A stretch of DNA of 64,000 nt, from the IMG/VR virus record IMGVR_UViG_651053023_000001, positions 1 to 64,000 of that record. One strand, given 5' to 3'. Position 1 is the stretch's first letter. Each line of letters begins with the position of its first letter. The notes beneath the pieces were generated by a model, which saw nothing but the letters and a program-made list of their open reading frames with translations, searched no databases and had not been told where the DNA came from. Both the position numbers and the translations under genes were made by a program. Origin of the DNA: a virus. Taxonomy: Duplodnaviria; Heunggongvirae; Uroviricota; Caudoviricetes. Below, in pieces: positions 20,987 to 31,097 of the stretch.

Positions 20987-22073
20987 TCGTATACAGAATG
21001 AATCTGCCTGGTTAGCACTGATAGAACAGTATAAAGACAATTGGGAACTGGCAGCGAAAGAGTTGCTTGATATTGAGTTAACACCTCATCAAGCAAAAAT
21101 TATTAACGCGATAAAGAACACCGGAGCCAAAGTCACTGCCACCACACCACATGGTATTGGGGAAACCTCTATTGTGGCAGTGATTAGCATCCTGCAAACA
21201 ATACTGTATTCGTGTTCCCGTACAGTGGTTGTTTCTCCTGCTATTAACGATAGTCGAAAAACAATAATTGACTATATGTTCCGTTATTGGGAGCGAGTTA
21301 CCCAAAAACACCCTTTTCTTGGCAATCATTTCAGAATGCACCCTGACAAAGGGTTGGTGCATATCAGTGAAACATGGGGATGCGTCTATATAACCTATTG
21401 TCTGAATAACGAAGTGTCTCTGGCTGGTTTTACTGGACCGCACGATCTTTTCATCGTTATTAACTCGGCGGAAATCAGCGATCGCGCTCATGCAGTGATA
21501 ACTGGCAATTTAACCAATTATGACTCGCGCCTGCTGTTGCTGTCGAAACCATCGGAACGCGAGAAAGGGTACTTTTATGATTCGCATCACCGGTTGGCCC
21601 ATAGTAAAAACAATCCTGCTGGTTTTTTCACGGCGATAACTCTAAACACAGAGGATTCGCCTCTCGTTTCTGAAGCATATCTTGAATTCAAAGCCAAAGA
21701 GTTTGGTGGGCGCAATAGCGATGAATATCGCCGATTGATCTTGGGGAAATTTCCCGGGATTCGGGAGTTGATGGAAAAGTCATCTGTTCCCCGTAATATG
21801 CACTTCACAATGACTGACGGTAGTAAATGGGTAGTGCCTACGATCGTGATCGCCAAACACCATGCGAAACATCACGCTCAAAAACACAACTCCAGCACAT
21901 TAGACTGGCTGAAGGCCTATACAATACCGTTATTCTCGGCAAACCATAACGCTATAGCTGAATGGGCTAAACAAATCCCCTGGCAGGATGTGGCTGAAGA
22001 GGCATTTGTCGAAAAACCTCCGAGAGATTTGCACGAGCACTGTTGGCTGACATCAGAAAAGAGCTTCTCGTGA
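20979..22073 (+). CDS. hypothetical protein with weak resemblance to a degenerate terminase-type ATPase fold
   Basis: 364 aa; segment TPHQAKIINAIKNTGAKVTATTPHGIGETS...LFIVINSAEIS loosely resembles terminase ATPase Walker A/B regions but lacks the canonical lysine. Confidence 0.5.
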   Translation: MINRIQNESAWLALIEQYKDNWELAAKELLDIELTPHQAKIINAIKNTGAKVTATTPHGIGETSIVAVISILQTILYSCSRTVVVSPAINDSRKTIIDYMFRYWERVTQKHPFLGNHFRMHPDKGLVHISETWGCVYITYCLNNEVSLAGFTGPHDLFIVINSAEISDRAHAVITGNLTNYDSRLLLLSKPSEREKGYFYDSHHRLAHSKNNPAGFFTAITLNTEDSPLVSEAYLEFKAKEFGGRNSDEYRRLILGKFPGIRELMEKSSVPRNMHFTMTDGSKWVVPTIVIAKHHAKHHAQKHNSSTLDWLKAYTIPLFSANHNAIAEWAKQIPWQDVAEEAFVEKPPRDLHEHCWLTSEKSFS

Positions 22074-22076
22074 GGT

Positions 22077-22105
22077 AAAAATCCCGCCGATTGGCGGGAT
22101 TTCTT
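22077..22105. terminator. bidirectional terminator (AAAATCCCGCC-gatt-GGCGGGATTTCTTT)
   Basis: Perfect stem flanked by an A-run and a T-run, between convergent transcription units. Confidence 0.6.
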
Positions 22106-22413
22106 TAATATATGATCTGGTCTATATGATCACCAAAATCATCGTCGTCGTCCTCATCGCCACCATCTACTGCTGGCCAATCAACAAACCAGCCAGCGTA
22201 AAGATGCAGCGTTCGGAGAACATCACTTGCGGGAGCATCAAGGGTGTTAACGAATCCCATATAGCTATTGGGATTTGCCCCAGCTATGGCTTCAGCGATC
22301 ATGTCCTCGGTAATGTCACCGGAGATAATGCTTAAACGCCCGGAAACTTCTTCATTATCATCAAATTCGATAATGGCATCTCCGCCTAATGGCGCTGCGA
22401 TTTTAATCTGCAT
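22105..22413 (-). CDS. small highly acidic protein at the 3' end of the dar operon
   Basis: 102 aa with acidic C-terminal tail GGDEDDDDDFGDHIDQIIY; overlaps ddrB stop. Confidence 0.5.
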   Translation of the reverse strand: MQIKIAAPLGGDAIIEFDDNEEVSGRLSIISGDITEDMIAEAIAGANPNSYMGFVNTLDAPASDVLRTLHLYAGWFVDWPAVDGGDEDDDDDFGDHIDQIIY

Positions 22414-25390
22414 TATTTAGCTCCTTTGCCACACCTAATAACAGTTCCAGCAATCCGTCACCATTCATCAGTGATGCGGCAGCGGCCTCTTTGTCATGAT
22501 ACAACTGAAGAGCCATAGAGAATACTTCCGTTGCTGACGTTTTGGAAATAGTCGGGGATTTCTGCCGAATTTTCCCAGTGTTACTTACTGAGGCTGGCGG
22601 GTATACCTTCGCCATATAAATATTACTCAATCGAGATCTGAAGCACCATTCAGGCTTGCCACGCCCACCGATATTAACGAAAGATGGCTTATCCCCTTCA
22701 ACATTGGCCTTCAGGAATGACCGGGCTTTCTCTAACAAACCAGGGTTACTGTACTCAAGATGATGACCCAGCTCGTGCCACAGTGCACTTGCATTTTCAT
22801 CGTTCAAATTGACAGCAACAACACCATTAAGATTTGCATATGCCCTTCCCTTGTGGTGAACCACCTTTGATAAGGTCGAAATTTTACCGCCGGTCAGGCG
22901 ATAAATATCAGCAAGTTCCTTGCGCAGGTCTATCCCACCATTCTGTCCAGCGCGGGCTTCTTCCACTTCTTCCGTGATAAAAGAGTCGGCCCACTCAAGA
23001 GCTTTTTCTTCAGATACGGATGAGTTTGCGATCGCACTGTTCATGGCAGATAACACTTTCTCGTGGACCGAACCCATACTTCGCTGATTCATTTGCCAGC
23101 GTGTCTGCGGGTTGTATGAGAATCGCTTAAGTAGTTGGTCAAGCTGCTCAAGTTCTTCTTCACTGACATACTTTTTAGCCTCACCAATAATGCCAGGGAG
23201 AATATTGCCGTTAGGATTAAACGCTCGCGAAAGGAAGAGTTTCAGCGCCCCCATGCCCTCCGATGCTTCAATATCACCAATAACCCGGTTAACAATGGCC
23301 GCACTCTTCGGATTAGCATCCGCCAACGCCCTGGCTACAATTTGCAGGGACGATACGACCTCACGCTGCATATCAGTCCTGATCTCATCAATAAACTCTG
23401 GCGTTATGCCGTGCTCTTTAAGGATATCCCTGCCTTCCGCCGTTACCCCATCGATATCACCGACATGTTTATTAACCTGACTTTGCAATGCCTTAAATGC
23501 CTTCAGAATTCCACGGGCATCATCAGCTTTACTAACGGCCTTCCTGAATGCTGGCAAGAAGTCTGAGTTAACCTCATTTTGTTGATCGGCCCACTGAATG
23601 GAGGCTTCTTTCATCTCGTCCAGAGTCAGATCACCCAACGCGGTATGGTCTGTGAATATGAGCGACAACCTCTGAACCATTTCTGCCAATGGTGATGCCG
23701 AATGCGCCGCGCTAAGGAATGCTTTCACCCTGGTTGGGCGAATGGAAAACCAGTCAATAGCTGGTGGCATATCTCCGTTTTTTATCGCCTGCGCTATCTC
23801 GTCAAAGCCATCGCGCCCAAGGGAGGATGCGTGATTTAACAAGCCGCGAAGTAACGAATTGCTGATACCGAATAATCGGCACCATTTTTTCACGTCGGCA
23901 ACAGGCATTCGAACAAAATGCGCAAGCACTTGTACAAGCTGTTCATCCTGGGGATCTGTGCGGGAAAGCAGCCTGATCAGATGAATAATGTCTTTGATGC
24001 CGGATGCCCGATGTAATAGCAAACTGGTATACGGAGCAACACCGTTGTAACTACCGCCGGAAACGGACTCGAAAAGACCGCCGGATATCCCTTGCATGCC
24101 TTCGTATTCCAGTTCCTGAGACACCTGGCGAAGGATATCCTGTAACGACACATCGCCGCCGCCAAACATATCCCCGAGCGCCTGGCCCTGGTGCTGTAAC
24201 TCATCATTGATACGTTGCGCCATCAACTTAAAGGCGGTGGCCATACGCTTCGCGCTACGGTTATTCGCGACGATGAACAACGCGAGTGCTTTCACTTCCG
24301 GGGCCGTTTCGCTGAACATATCCCCCTGAGCAATAACATCGGTAATATGCTGGCCTGACTCCTTCGATTGCCTTACCAGGTCTACCGCATCTTTCAATGC
24401 CGCCAGCGCCTTTTTATCGAGGCTATCCGCTGTCTCAATGCCATCAACAATAGTTGTCACAGCCTGCTTGTGCGCTTCTCCTGATAAAGCCTGCATCTGG
24501 ACAAAATCATTGGCTGCCGCATTAAGCGCCGTCAGAACATTACGCATATCCGGATCAGGTTCTTCTGCAACCATCCTTACCAGGCGCGCATCCTTATATG
24601 CCTTGGCAAAGATCGCGTTTTGTATACGGTCAACAAGTTGCCGTGTTGGTCGCCCATCTTCAGTTACAAGGCCAGCCGCCTGTGTGGCACCAACTTGCGT
24701 CATGAATCCGCGAATAAACGCGTCATTACTGCGGCTAAGCAGATCTCCGCTTTCTGACGGGTTAAACAACGCCATCATCGCCGGTGTTATGCTGTCGGCA
24801 TCAACAAAAGCCTTTTCACTGGCTGCCATTTCCTGGAGATCAGAAATATTTGAGTCCTTGGCAAACTGAACACGGTCAACCTTCGTTAACCGGCGGCGCA
24901 CCAGTACCGGAGCCGTCATTGATTCAACCTTTTCAGGCCGTATGCCGAATTCGGTCGCATGTTCAATCAGGTACTCCCGATACCGATCCGCATTACCGTC
25001 CTGATAGGCTTTGATGATCCCCATGGTCCGTCCATTACCTGACTCAACGGCATTGTCCTCACCAATTATCGGCGCGCCATGGCTGGATAAACCGGAATCA
25101 GTAAGCTGAGCAGGCCGCAAATCTTTGGATATCTGGTTAACCTGAAGAAGGCTGGATGCGCGGGTCCGGTCGCGCGGCTGAAGTTCCTGGGGATAGTCAG
25201 GATTAATTTTCCCATCCAGAGTATTGGATACCAAAAGAGCTGAGGCATCGACGATATCAAACGCTGTTTTTACCTCGTCTCCCTTCGCTGTCACCACATA
25301 CGAAACCCGCCCATAATCGGGCAGGTTCTTTAGCAGCTCGATCAGCGTTTCTATGCTGGTGGCCATTACCACCTGATCGCTTAAGCTCAT
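22403..25390 (-). CDS. ddrB: DdrB-like large Dar-system protein
   Basis: 995-aa ORF downstream of darA/ddrA in the same operon; assignment by size and synteny. Confidence 0.6.
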   Translation of the reverse strand: MSLSDQVVMATSIETLIELLKNLPDYGRVSYVVTAKGDEVKTAFDIVDASALLVSNTLDGKINPDYPQELQPRDRTRASSLLQVNQISKDLRPAQLTDSGLSSHGAPIIGEDNAVESGNGRTMGIIKAYQDGNADRYREYLIEHATEFGIRPEKVESMTAPVLVRRRLTKVDRVQFAKDSNISDLQEMAASEKAFVDADSITPAMMALFNPSESGDLLSRSNDAFIRGFMTQVGATQAAGLVTEDGRPTRQLVDRIQNAIFAKAYKDARLVRMVAEEPDPDMRNVLTALNAAANDFVQMQALSGEAHKQAVTTIVDGIETADSLDKKALAALKDAVDLVRQSKESGQHITDVIAQGDMFSETAPEVKALALFIVANNRSAKRMATAFKLMAQRINDELQHQGQALGDMFGGGDVSLQDILRQVSQELEYEGMQGISGGLFESVSGGSYNGVAPYTSLLLHRASGIKDIIHLIRLLSRTDPQDEQLVQVLAHFVRMPVADVKKWCRLFGISNSLLRGLLNHASSLGRDGFDEIAQAIKNGDMPPAIDWFSIRPTRVKAFLSAAHSASPLAEMVQRLSLIFTDHTALGDLTLDEMKEASIQWADQQNEVNSDFLPAFRKAVSKADDARGILKAFKALQSQVNKHVGDIDGVTAEGRDILKEHGITPEFIDEIRTDMQREVVSSLQIVARALADANPKSAAIVNRVIGDIEASEGMGALKLFLSRAFNPNGNILPGIIGEAKKYVSEEELEQLDQLLKRFSYNPQTRWQMNQRSMGSVHEKVLSAMNSAIANSSVSEEKALEWADSFITEEVEEARAGQNGGIDLRKELADIYRLTGGKISTLSKVVHHKGRAYANLNGVVAVNLNDENASALWHELGHHLEYSNPGLLEKARSFLKANVEGDKPSFVNIGGRGKPEWCFRSRLSNIYMAKVYPPASVSNTGKIRQKSPTISKTSATEVFSMALQLYHDKEAAAASLMNGDGLLELLLGVAKELNNAD

Positions 25391-25402
25391 CCCTGTTACG
25401 CC

Positions 25403-25768
25403 TTATGCTGCCTCTTTAATGTTGGCGGCTATCCATGCCGCCGTGTGCTGTTTAACCTGGTCCAGGTCGATGTATGTGCCAACATATTGACTCAAGTCCT
25501 GCAAGGTACCGATAAATGCATCTGTGCTCTGATCGACGAATTTATCAGCCAGGAAATCAGCAACCAGTTTTGGCACACCATCATGTTCCGAAGGTTGTTT
25601 TTCATCGCCACTACCACCGCCGGACGCGCCGTACCCCATCTGTTGCATGATCTGGTCAATTTCATCGCTGATATCCAGCAACTCCATGCCACTCGCGGTG
25701 GCCGCTTTGGACATCAGAGCATCCAACTTATCGCTGAGATCCATTAACTCAATAGCTGATAGTGTCAT
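25403..25768 (-). CDS. ddrA: DdrA-like protein
   Basis: 121-aa acidic ORF between darA and ddrB. Confidence 0.55.
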   Translation of the reverse strand: MTLSAIELMDLSDKLDALMSKAATASGMELLDISDEIDQIMQQMGYGASGGGSGDEKQPSEHDGVPKLVADFLADKFVDQSTDAFIGTLQDLSQYVGTYIDLDQVKQHTAAWIAANIKEAA

Positions 25769-27684
25769 GCCGCTACCCCCGCTTTCTGGATTGCTACCAA
25801 CAGATCAGCCAGGTGGCGAGCTGCGCCGTTAACCAGCTCTTCGTTTTCCTCAAAACGTCCGGCAGCCTGAAGGGCTGCAATCGCTTCCCGGACATTGCCC
25901 CGGGCGTTACGGATCTCCGCCATGTCAGTGCTTTGCATATCCATTACGTTATTGAGATATTCAATGGCTTTATTAGCCTCTGCATCTGCTTCGCTAACCG
26001 TTTCATCTGGCTGTGCCGGGGCCGGTTCTGGCTGAGTAATCTCACCGACTTCGGCCTGCAATGCATTGATCATGCTCTGCACCATTTTCTCGGTGCCAGC
26101 GCCCCCAGGAAACGCAATATTGGGGAAAGTTTTTTGAAACTGAGTTTTCAGCATTACGCGGAACTCGTCTGGTGAGCTGGTGGCCAGCTCCAGAGCTTTT
26201 TGTGCATATTTGCCAAACGGACCATTAGTAAGTGTCTTCGCCAGGAAGTCGAAAGAATCCTCGCGAGGCAATAACTTCAGGTCGTACTCACTCATTTGCT
26301 GATCAGAAAGCGGGGTATCGTAAGTAGCAATGCCGTAGCGTGCATATTCATAATACGGGTCACCTTCATCAGGGCGCGGCAGAATCGCTTTGTTACCTTC
26401 AGGTATTGCGCCAGGGGCCGCCGGACGCATTTGCAGGGCATATCGATATGCACCTACAGAGACTTCTGGTTCAGGCGAAGAGCTACCGGTATCCTCCGCT
26501 GGTTCAGGTTCGACGTTTTCCGGTTTATGTTCTTCTGGTTGGACCAGATATTCCGATACATTACCCGCTTTATAGGCTTTAAACAGCTTGCCGATCGCAT
26601 CTGCCATGTCCACACCCTGTATGGATTTAGCCTTGATCATGTATACGCTGCCATCCGGATCGGTTAACTGGATATACCCTTCGCCATCCCCAATGAATTG
26701 CTTCATTGATGCACCATTACTGAGCGTCGCTTCCCCGTCCATATGCATACGATTTTTGATACTGGCAAGGCGATCCGTCAGCGCGCGAGAGTGCCCACCA
26801 GTCATCCCCGCTGGAGCAATGGTATCGCGCCCACCAGTGCGATTGAGCTGATCAATCTCCGTCTGCAAACGCTCATTCTCTTCATAAAGAGAATCCGCTT
26901 CCGATGCAACAGCGTTAATTTTCTGCTCCAGATCTGCCTTCTGCCCTTCTACCGCTGCCACCTGATCCGCGAGGTCGCTCATGGCATCCTCTTTCTGGTC
27001 ACTGTCAGCCTGTAGTTGGGTTATTTCATCAACAAGGGCTTTTTTCTTCTTCTGCGCACGCTGGAATTTTGCCGAGTTTTTCTCTGCAAGGTTGGCAAGT
27101 TTCATGGTGACCTGCGCCAGCGTCATATCACGTCCACTCATCGGAGCAACGGTGTGAGTAACGTCTTTTTTATTCAGTAAGAACTGGAAAGCAACCAGCG
27201 TATCGCTATTGGTGATCCGGTTTTCCGCTGTCGGGCTATGAAACAGAATGCTGATAGTCTGACCATCACTGAGCGGAATAATGGCTGGCAAGACCGGCAG
27301 CCCGTTAACGTTACGTGCCCGGCCAATTTCAGCGCCGCCGATCGCGCGCGCGCCGCTCTGGGCCACATCCCCCGTTTTATCACTCCCCGCAGAGATTCCG
27401 GTACCATTCAGCTTCTGGTTCAATGCCCGGACAAATGCCTGCATGGTCCGGTGTAACTGCAAACGAGTAGAACTAATCGCCTCCAGTAAATCCGTAGCAC
27501 ACCAGTGGATCGGCGTGTCATAGAAGAACGTAGCCTCGATTTCCTCCAGGGTGTTGGATTCCGTCATCAGATAGCGGTCCTCACCGGCCATTAATGCGCG
27601 ATATTCATCATCAGTCACTGGCGGGGGAAGCACGTCAAGCCCAGGCTTGAGCGTCACCCCTTTATTGATATTGAACTGTTCCAT
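25765..27684 (-). CDS. darA: DarA-like internal head/antirestriction protein
   Basis: 639-aa ORF (P1 DarA size) in an hdf-darA-ddrA-ddrB order. Confidence 0.65.
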   Translation of the reverse strand: MEQFNINKGVTLKPGLDVLPPPVTDDEYRALMAGEDRYLMTESNTLEEIEATFFYDTPIHWCATDLLEAISSTRLQLHRTMQAFVRALNQKLNGTGISAGSDKTGDVAQSGARAIGGAEIGRARNVNGLPVLPAIIPLSDGQTISILFHSPTAENRITNSDTLVAFQFLLNKKDVTHTVAPMSGRDMTLAQVTMKLANLAEKNSAKFQRAQKKKKALVDEITQLQADSDQKEDAMSDLADQVAAVEGQKADLEQKINAVASEADSLYEENERLQTEIDQLNRTGGRDTIAPAGMTGGHSRALTDRLASIKNRMHMDGEATLSNGASMKQFIGDGEGYIQLTDPDGSVYMIKAKSIQGVDMADAIGKLFKAYKAGNVSEYLVQPEEHKPENVEPEPAEDTGSSSPEPEVSVGAYRYALQMRPAAPGAIPEGNKAILPRPDEGDPYYEYARYGIATYDTPLSDQQMSEYDLKLLPREDSFDFLAKTLTNGPFGKYAQKALELATSSPDEFRVMLKTQFQKTFPNIAFPGGAGTEKMVQSMINALQAEVGEITQPEPAPAQPDETVSEADAEANKAIEYLNNVMDMQSTDMAEIRNARGNVREAIAALQAAGRFEENEELVNGAARHLADLLVAIQKAGVAA

Positions 27685-27685
27685 G

Positions 27686-28297
27686 TTAATTTCCTGCTTT
27701 CAGTTGCTTAAGACGACGTTTGAGTTCGCCATTCCGTGCCTTTTCGTTATTGAGTCGGCCCGTCTCCTTATCCAGCTTCGCCCGCAAATCAGTGATCTGC
27801 TGTTGATTGAAAGACACCGAATTCTGCGCGGACTTATAAGCGGCAACCACCTGAGCATTCCGCTGTTTTGCTTCTTGCAGGCGCTGAAAGTTGGATTTAA
27901 CTGCCGGTTTCTTGTCTACCGGATTGGCAACACGCTTCGCTTTGGCGATCAGTGATTTCTGGAATTTTGCGGAGTTTTTGCGGGCCGCCTGTCCCATGAC
28001 GGTACCAAGCGTCTTGATATCCGGCGACTGAGCGTTAGGAATAGCTTTTCCATTCAGTTTCACAGACGATATATCGCCAGTATCGTTTACCTGTATGGCA
28101 AGAATTTGTCCGTCGTTAAGAACCAGCTTTGCGGTTTTAACTTTAACGCCATCTTTCGTTGTTGCGCGGTTGCTGGAGTCAACCTCAATTACCGTAACCC
28201 CGGTTTTATTGATCGCCGCGATAAGGGATTTCAGCCCCTTTTCATTAACCTGGTCAAAATCGACCGTTGCATACTTATTTTTCGTCATCTGACACAT
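27686..28297 (-). CDS. hdf: Hdf-like protein
   Basis: 203-aa ORF immediately upstream of darA. Confidence 0.5.
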   Translation of the reverse strand: MCQMTKNKYATVDFDQVNEKGLKSLIAAINKTGVTVIEVDSSNRATTKDGVKVKTAKLVLNDGQILAIQVNDTGDISSVKLNGKAIPNAQSPDIKTLGTVMGQAARKNSAKFQKSLIAKAKRVANPVDKKPAVKSNFQRLQEAKQRNAQVVAAYKSAQNSVSFNQQQITDLRAKLDKETGRLNNEKARNGELKRRLKQLKAGN

Positions 28298-28718
28298 CCT
28301 GTGCGAGATTTATTACGTAACTTCTGCGGATTTGCTGAGTAACAGGGAAAATCCGATACAACGGGTTAATGAACGAGTCGCCATGCGTAACCATGACGTT
28401 GAAATGCCACAGTCGCTCTCCTTTACCCATATATTCAGTGGGTATGTACAACCATTCACTGTTTTCGCCCTGTTCAGCCGACGTCAGACAACGTTGTTCG
28501 CCTTCAATCACTGTCGTCGGCTTCTGAACATCGCGGATCCAATATCTGACCGTTGCGCCGCGCAAAAACGGGAATTTAGACCGGTATTTGAACGGCACCC
28601 GGATGAAACCCGGTTTAATTTCCACATCACCAAGTTCTAAGTGCGTGATGTCCTTGCGTTTTAGCAAATAGCGATCGGCTAAGGCTAACGCAAGAACGCA
28701 TACACCCCAGCCAATCAT
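28275..28718 (-). CDS. LydB-like antiholin (by position)
   Basis: 147-aa ORF directly downstream of a holin-like gene, 4-nt overlap. Confidence 0.45.
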   Translation of the reverse strand: MIGWGVCVLALALADRYLLKRKDITHLELGDVEIKPGFIRVPFKYRSKFPFLRGATVRYWIRDVQKPTTVIEGEQRCLTSAEQGENSEWLYIPTEYMGKGERLWHFNVMVTHGDSFINPLYRIFPVTQQIRRSYVINLAQDVSDDEK

Positions 28719-29044
28719 TTCCCGCCTCCCTTTTTCACCAAACTTGTAAGAACATTCAGAATGCTATCGATATTCACTCGTTTCATCCCTGAAATCACCT
28801 CATGACCGTTATTGCTGGCTATCGTTACCATTAAGTACGTAATTGATAACTCCCAGCCCTCGTGTTGCCCCAATAGGTACGCCACCGCGCCAGCTGTCAC
28901 TGCAACAAAGATCTCCGTAACCAATCCTAACAAATTGCCAGACTGGCGACCGTCTCGGACATCCATCAGGAACGTGCCTATCCCACCAATTACTGAAAGC
29001 AGGAGCGCAATAGCAACTGGAGCTAATTCCTGTGTGTCAAGCAC
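28715..29044 (-). CDS. holin-like membrane protein (LydA-like)
   Basis: 109 aa with three hydrophobic transmembrane segments and a charged C-terminus. Confidence 0.5.
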   Translation of the reverse strand: MLDTQELAPVAIALLLSVIGGIGTFLMDVRDGRQSGNLLGLVTEIFVAVTAGAVAYLLGQHEGWELSITYLMVTIASNNGHEVISGMKRVNIDSILNVLTSLVKKGGGK

Positions 29045-29111
29045 AAGTTCCCTCCTACGTTGTCAGGAGGTAATGGTATGCAAAGTAACTTCTCAACCGG
29101 TCATTTGTTGC

Positions 29112-29393
29112 TTAAGAGGCATTTCTATTGAGGTGCGAATCGATAATCCTTTGTAACTTTTCAAGAATGAGCCTGTTATTGATGCTGCAAATAATAGTCA
29201 CGCAATTCTGAAGACTTTCATCCATACCCTTATATTCCGCGAAATACATGCCTATAAAGCCTGCAAGTACGGCAGCAATACACTCGGCCATCAATTGCCT
29301 GCATGACGCTTCGTAACGTTTTTCACGAACCCCATTCAGAAACGAATGCACCCCGCCAAGGATGGAGAGGAGCATTATTGTGAAATCACACAT
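29112..29393 (-). CDS. small membrane protein, holin-like
   Basis: 93 aa with two hydrophobic segments, upstream of the lyd-like genes. Confidence 0.4.
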   Translation of the reverse strand: MCDFTIMLLSILGGVHSFLNGVREKRYEASCRQLMAECIAAVLAGFIGMYFAEYKGMDESLQNCVTIICSINNRLILEKLQRIIDSHLNRNAS

Positions 29394-29520
29394 AACTATT
29401 TCCTTAATAGTGAATTAAATATCATTGGGAAACGGTATGTACTTTGTGATTTCCACACATACTGGTTTTTGTTAATTAAAATCCGCAGCTTGCTATAAAT
29501 AACGATAGTGAGCAGAAAAT

Positions 29521-30081
29521 ATGCTAATAGGCTATGTACGCGTATCAACAAATGAACAAAACACTGCTTTACAACGAAACGCTCTTGAAAGCGCAGGATG
29601 TGAGCTAATTTTTGAGGACAAGGCGAGCGGCAAAAAGGCTGAACGCCCTGGGTTAAAAAAGGTTCTCCGTATGCTTTCCAGAGGTGACACCCTAGTCGTA
29701 TGGAAGTTAGATCGTCTTGGGCGCAGCATGCGTCACTTAGTTGTGCTGGTGGAAGAGCTGCGTGACAGAGGCATTAACTTCCGGAGTCTCACTGACTCCA
29801 TCGACACCAGTACACCAATGGGGCGCTTTTTCTTTCACGTAATGGGGGCGCTGGCTGAAATGGAACGTGAGCTTATCGTTGAACGTACACGCGCTGGACT
29901 TGATGCAGCTCGCGCAGAAGGTCGTATAGGTGGACGTCGGCCTAAATACCAAGAAGAAACATGGCAGCAAATGCGGCGATTGCTCGAGAAGGGCATCCCC
30001 CGTAAGCAGGTTGCAATCATCTATGATGTGGCTGTTTCCACGCTTTATAAGAAGTTTCCGGCGTCATCATTTCAATCCTAA
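29521..30081 (+). CDS. cin: Cin serine DNA invertase
   Basis: 186 aa; serine recombinase N-terminus MLIGYVRVSTNEQN...; abuts a cix site and the invertible segment. Confidence 0.92.
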   Translation: MLIGYVRVSTNEQNTALQRNALESAGCELIFEDKASGKKAERPGLKKVLRMLSRGDTLVVWKLDRLGRSMRHLVVLVEELRDRGINFRSLTDSIDTSTPMGRFFFHVMGALAEMERELIVERTRAGLDAARAEGRIGGRRPKYQEETWQQMRRLLEKGIPRKQVAIIYDVAVSTLYKKFPASSFQS

Positions 30082-30098
30082 ACCTTGGTTTAAGAGAA
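30073..30098 (-). other. cixL crossover site
   Basis: Bottom strand reads TTCTCTTAAACCAAGGTTTAGGATTG, a 26-bp site of the hix/gix/cix type with central AA. Confidence 0.75.
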
Positions 30099-30940
30099 CT
30101 CGGTACCAGCGGTGAAAAGATCCCCCTGTTGAGCACGGCTAACACATGGAGTTCACGCCAGACTTTCAACGGCGGGATCACCGGGGCGCTGGCAGGGAAT
30201 GCCGACACCGCGACGAAATTGAAAACAGCACGCTCGATTGGCGGTGTGGCATTTGATGGCTCGGCCAATATCAATCTTCCAGGTGTAAATACAACAGGTA
30301 ACCAGAACACCACGGGGAATGCTGCTACCGCGACGAAACTTGCGACGGCAAGAAACATCAACGGTGTTAAATTTGATGGTTCTGTGGACATTTCGATACC
30401 AACAATTACGTCCAGAGGGCGTGTTACTGCGCTCACCGGTACAACACAAGGTGCTGCTACTGGATTGCAAATGTATGAGGCGTACAACAACGGCTATCCT
30501 TCTGCTTACGGGAATGTGCTTCATCTTAAGGGCGCAACGGCAGTTGGTGAAGGTGAGTTGTTCATAGGTTGGAGCGGTACAAGTGGCGCTCATGCACCTG
30601 TACATGTACGTTCGCGACGAGATACTGATACAGCCAGTTGGTCAGAGTGGGCGCAGGTCTACACATCGAAGGATTCCATCCCTGGTGTAAATACCACGGG
30701 CAACCAGAACACAACCGGAAACGCGGCGTCTGCAACGAAATTACAAACGGCAAGAACTATTGGTGGTGTTTCATTTAATGGCACCGCAAACATCGACCTG
30801 CCGGGCGTGAATAAAACAGGTAATCAGAACACAACCGGTAATGCAGCGACAGCGACCAAGTTACAAACCGCTCGAACTATAAATGGGGTCTCGTTTGATG
30901 GTTCTAAAAATATTGAGCTAACGGCTGAAAATTTAAATCT
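30084..30940. repeat. left inverted repeat of the invertible C segment (~0.85 kb)
   Basis: Reverse complement of 33971..34827; identical translated ORFs on opposite strands (30153..30605 vs 34306..34758). Confidence 0.85.
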
Positions 30941-31097
30941 TGAGCGAACAGTAGAATTAGCCGCTGGGTCATTGCAGAAAAATCAGAACGGCGCGGATAT
31001 TCCTGGAAAGATACCTTCACTAAAAATATTGGTGCATGTCGCGCTTTTCACAGTTCTATTAGTACAGGTGCAGGGAACTGGACAACGGCACAATTGA
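30129..31097 (+). CDS. alternative tail-fibre variable segment Sv', N-terminal part (promoterless until inversion); apparently frameshifted near 31005
   Basis: Shares the IR-encoded repeat-rich region with S; after the IR the reading frame degenerates and stops. Confidence 0.5.
   Translation: MSTANTWSSRQTFNGGITGALAGNADTATKLKTARSIGGVAFDGSANINLPGVNTTGNQNTTGNAATATKLATARNINGVKFDGSVDISIPTITSRGRVTALTGTTQGAATGLQMYEAYNNGYPSAYGNVLHLKGATAVGEGELFIGWSGTSGAHAPVHVRSRRDTDTASWSEWAQVYTSKDSIPGVNTTGNQNTTGNAASATKLQTARTIGGVSFNGTANIDLPGVNKTGNQNTTGNAATATKLQTARTINGVSFDGSKNIELTAENLNLERTVELAAGSLQKNQNGADIPGKIPSLKILVHVALFTVLLVQVQGTGQRHN

Noticed and set aside
23112-23566. Plus-strand ORFs of 122 and 143 aa inside the ddrB-like gene
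   Set aside because: Antisense to a 995-aa ORF; low-complexity Ser/Leu-rich translations typical of shadow frames.
30153-30753. Minus-strand ORFs inside the C-segment inverted repeat (30153..30605, 30562..30753) and their mirrored copies (34158..34349, 34306..34758)
   Set aside because: Identical pairs arise only because the repeat is inverted; they lie antisense to the conserved tail-fibre frame.
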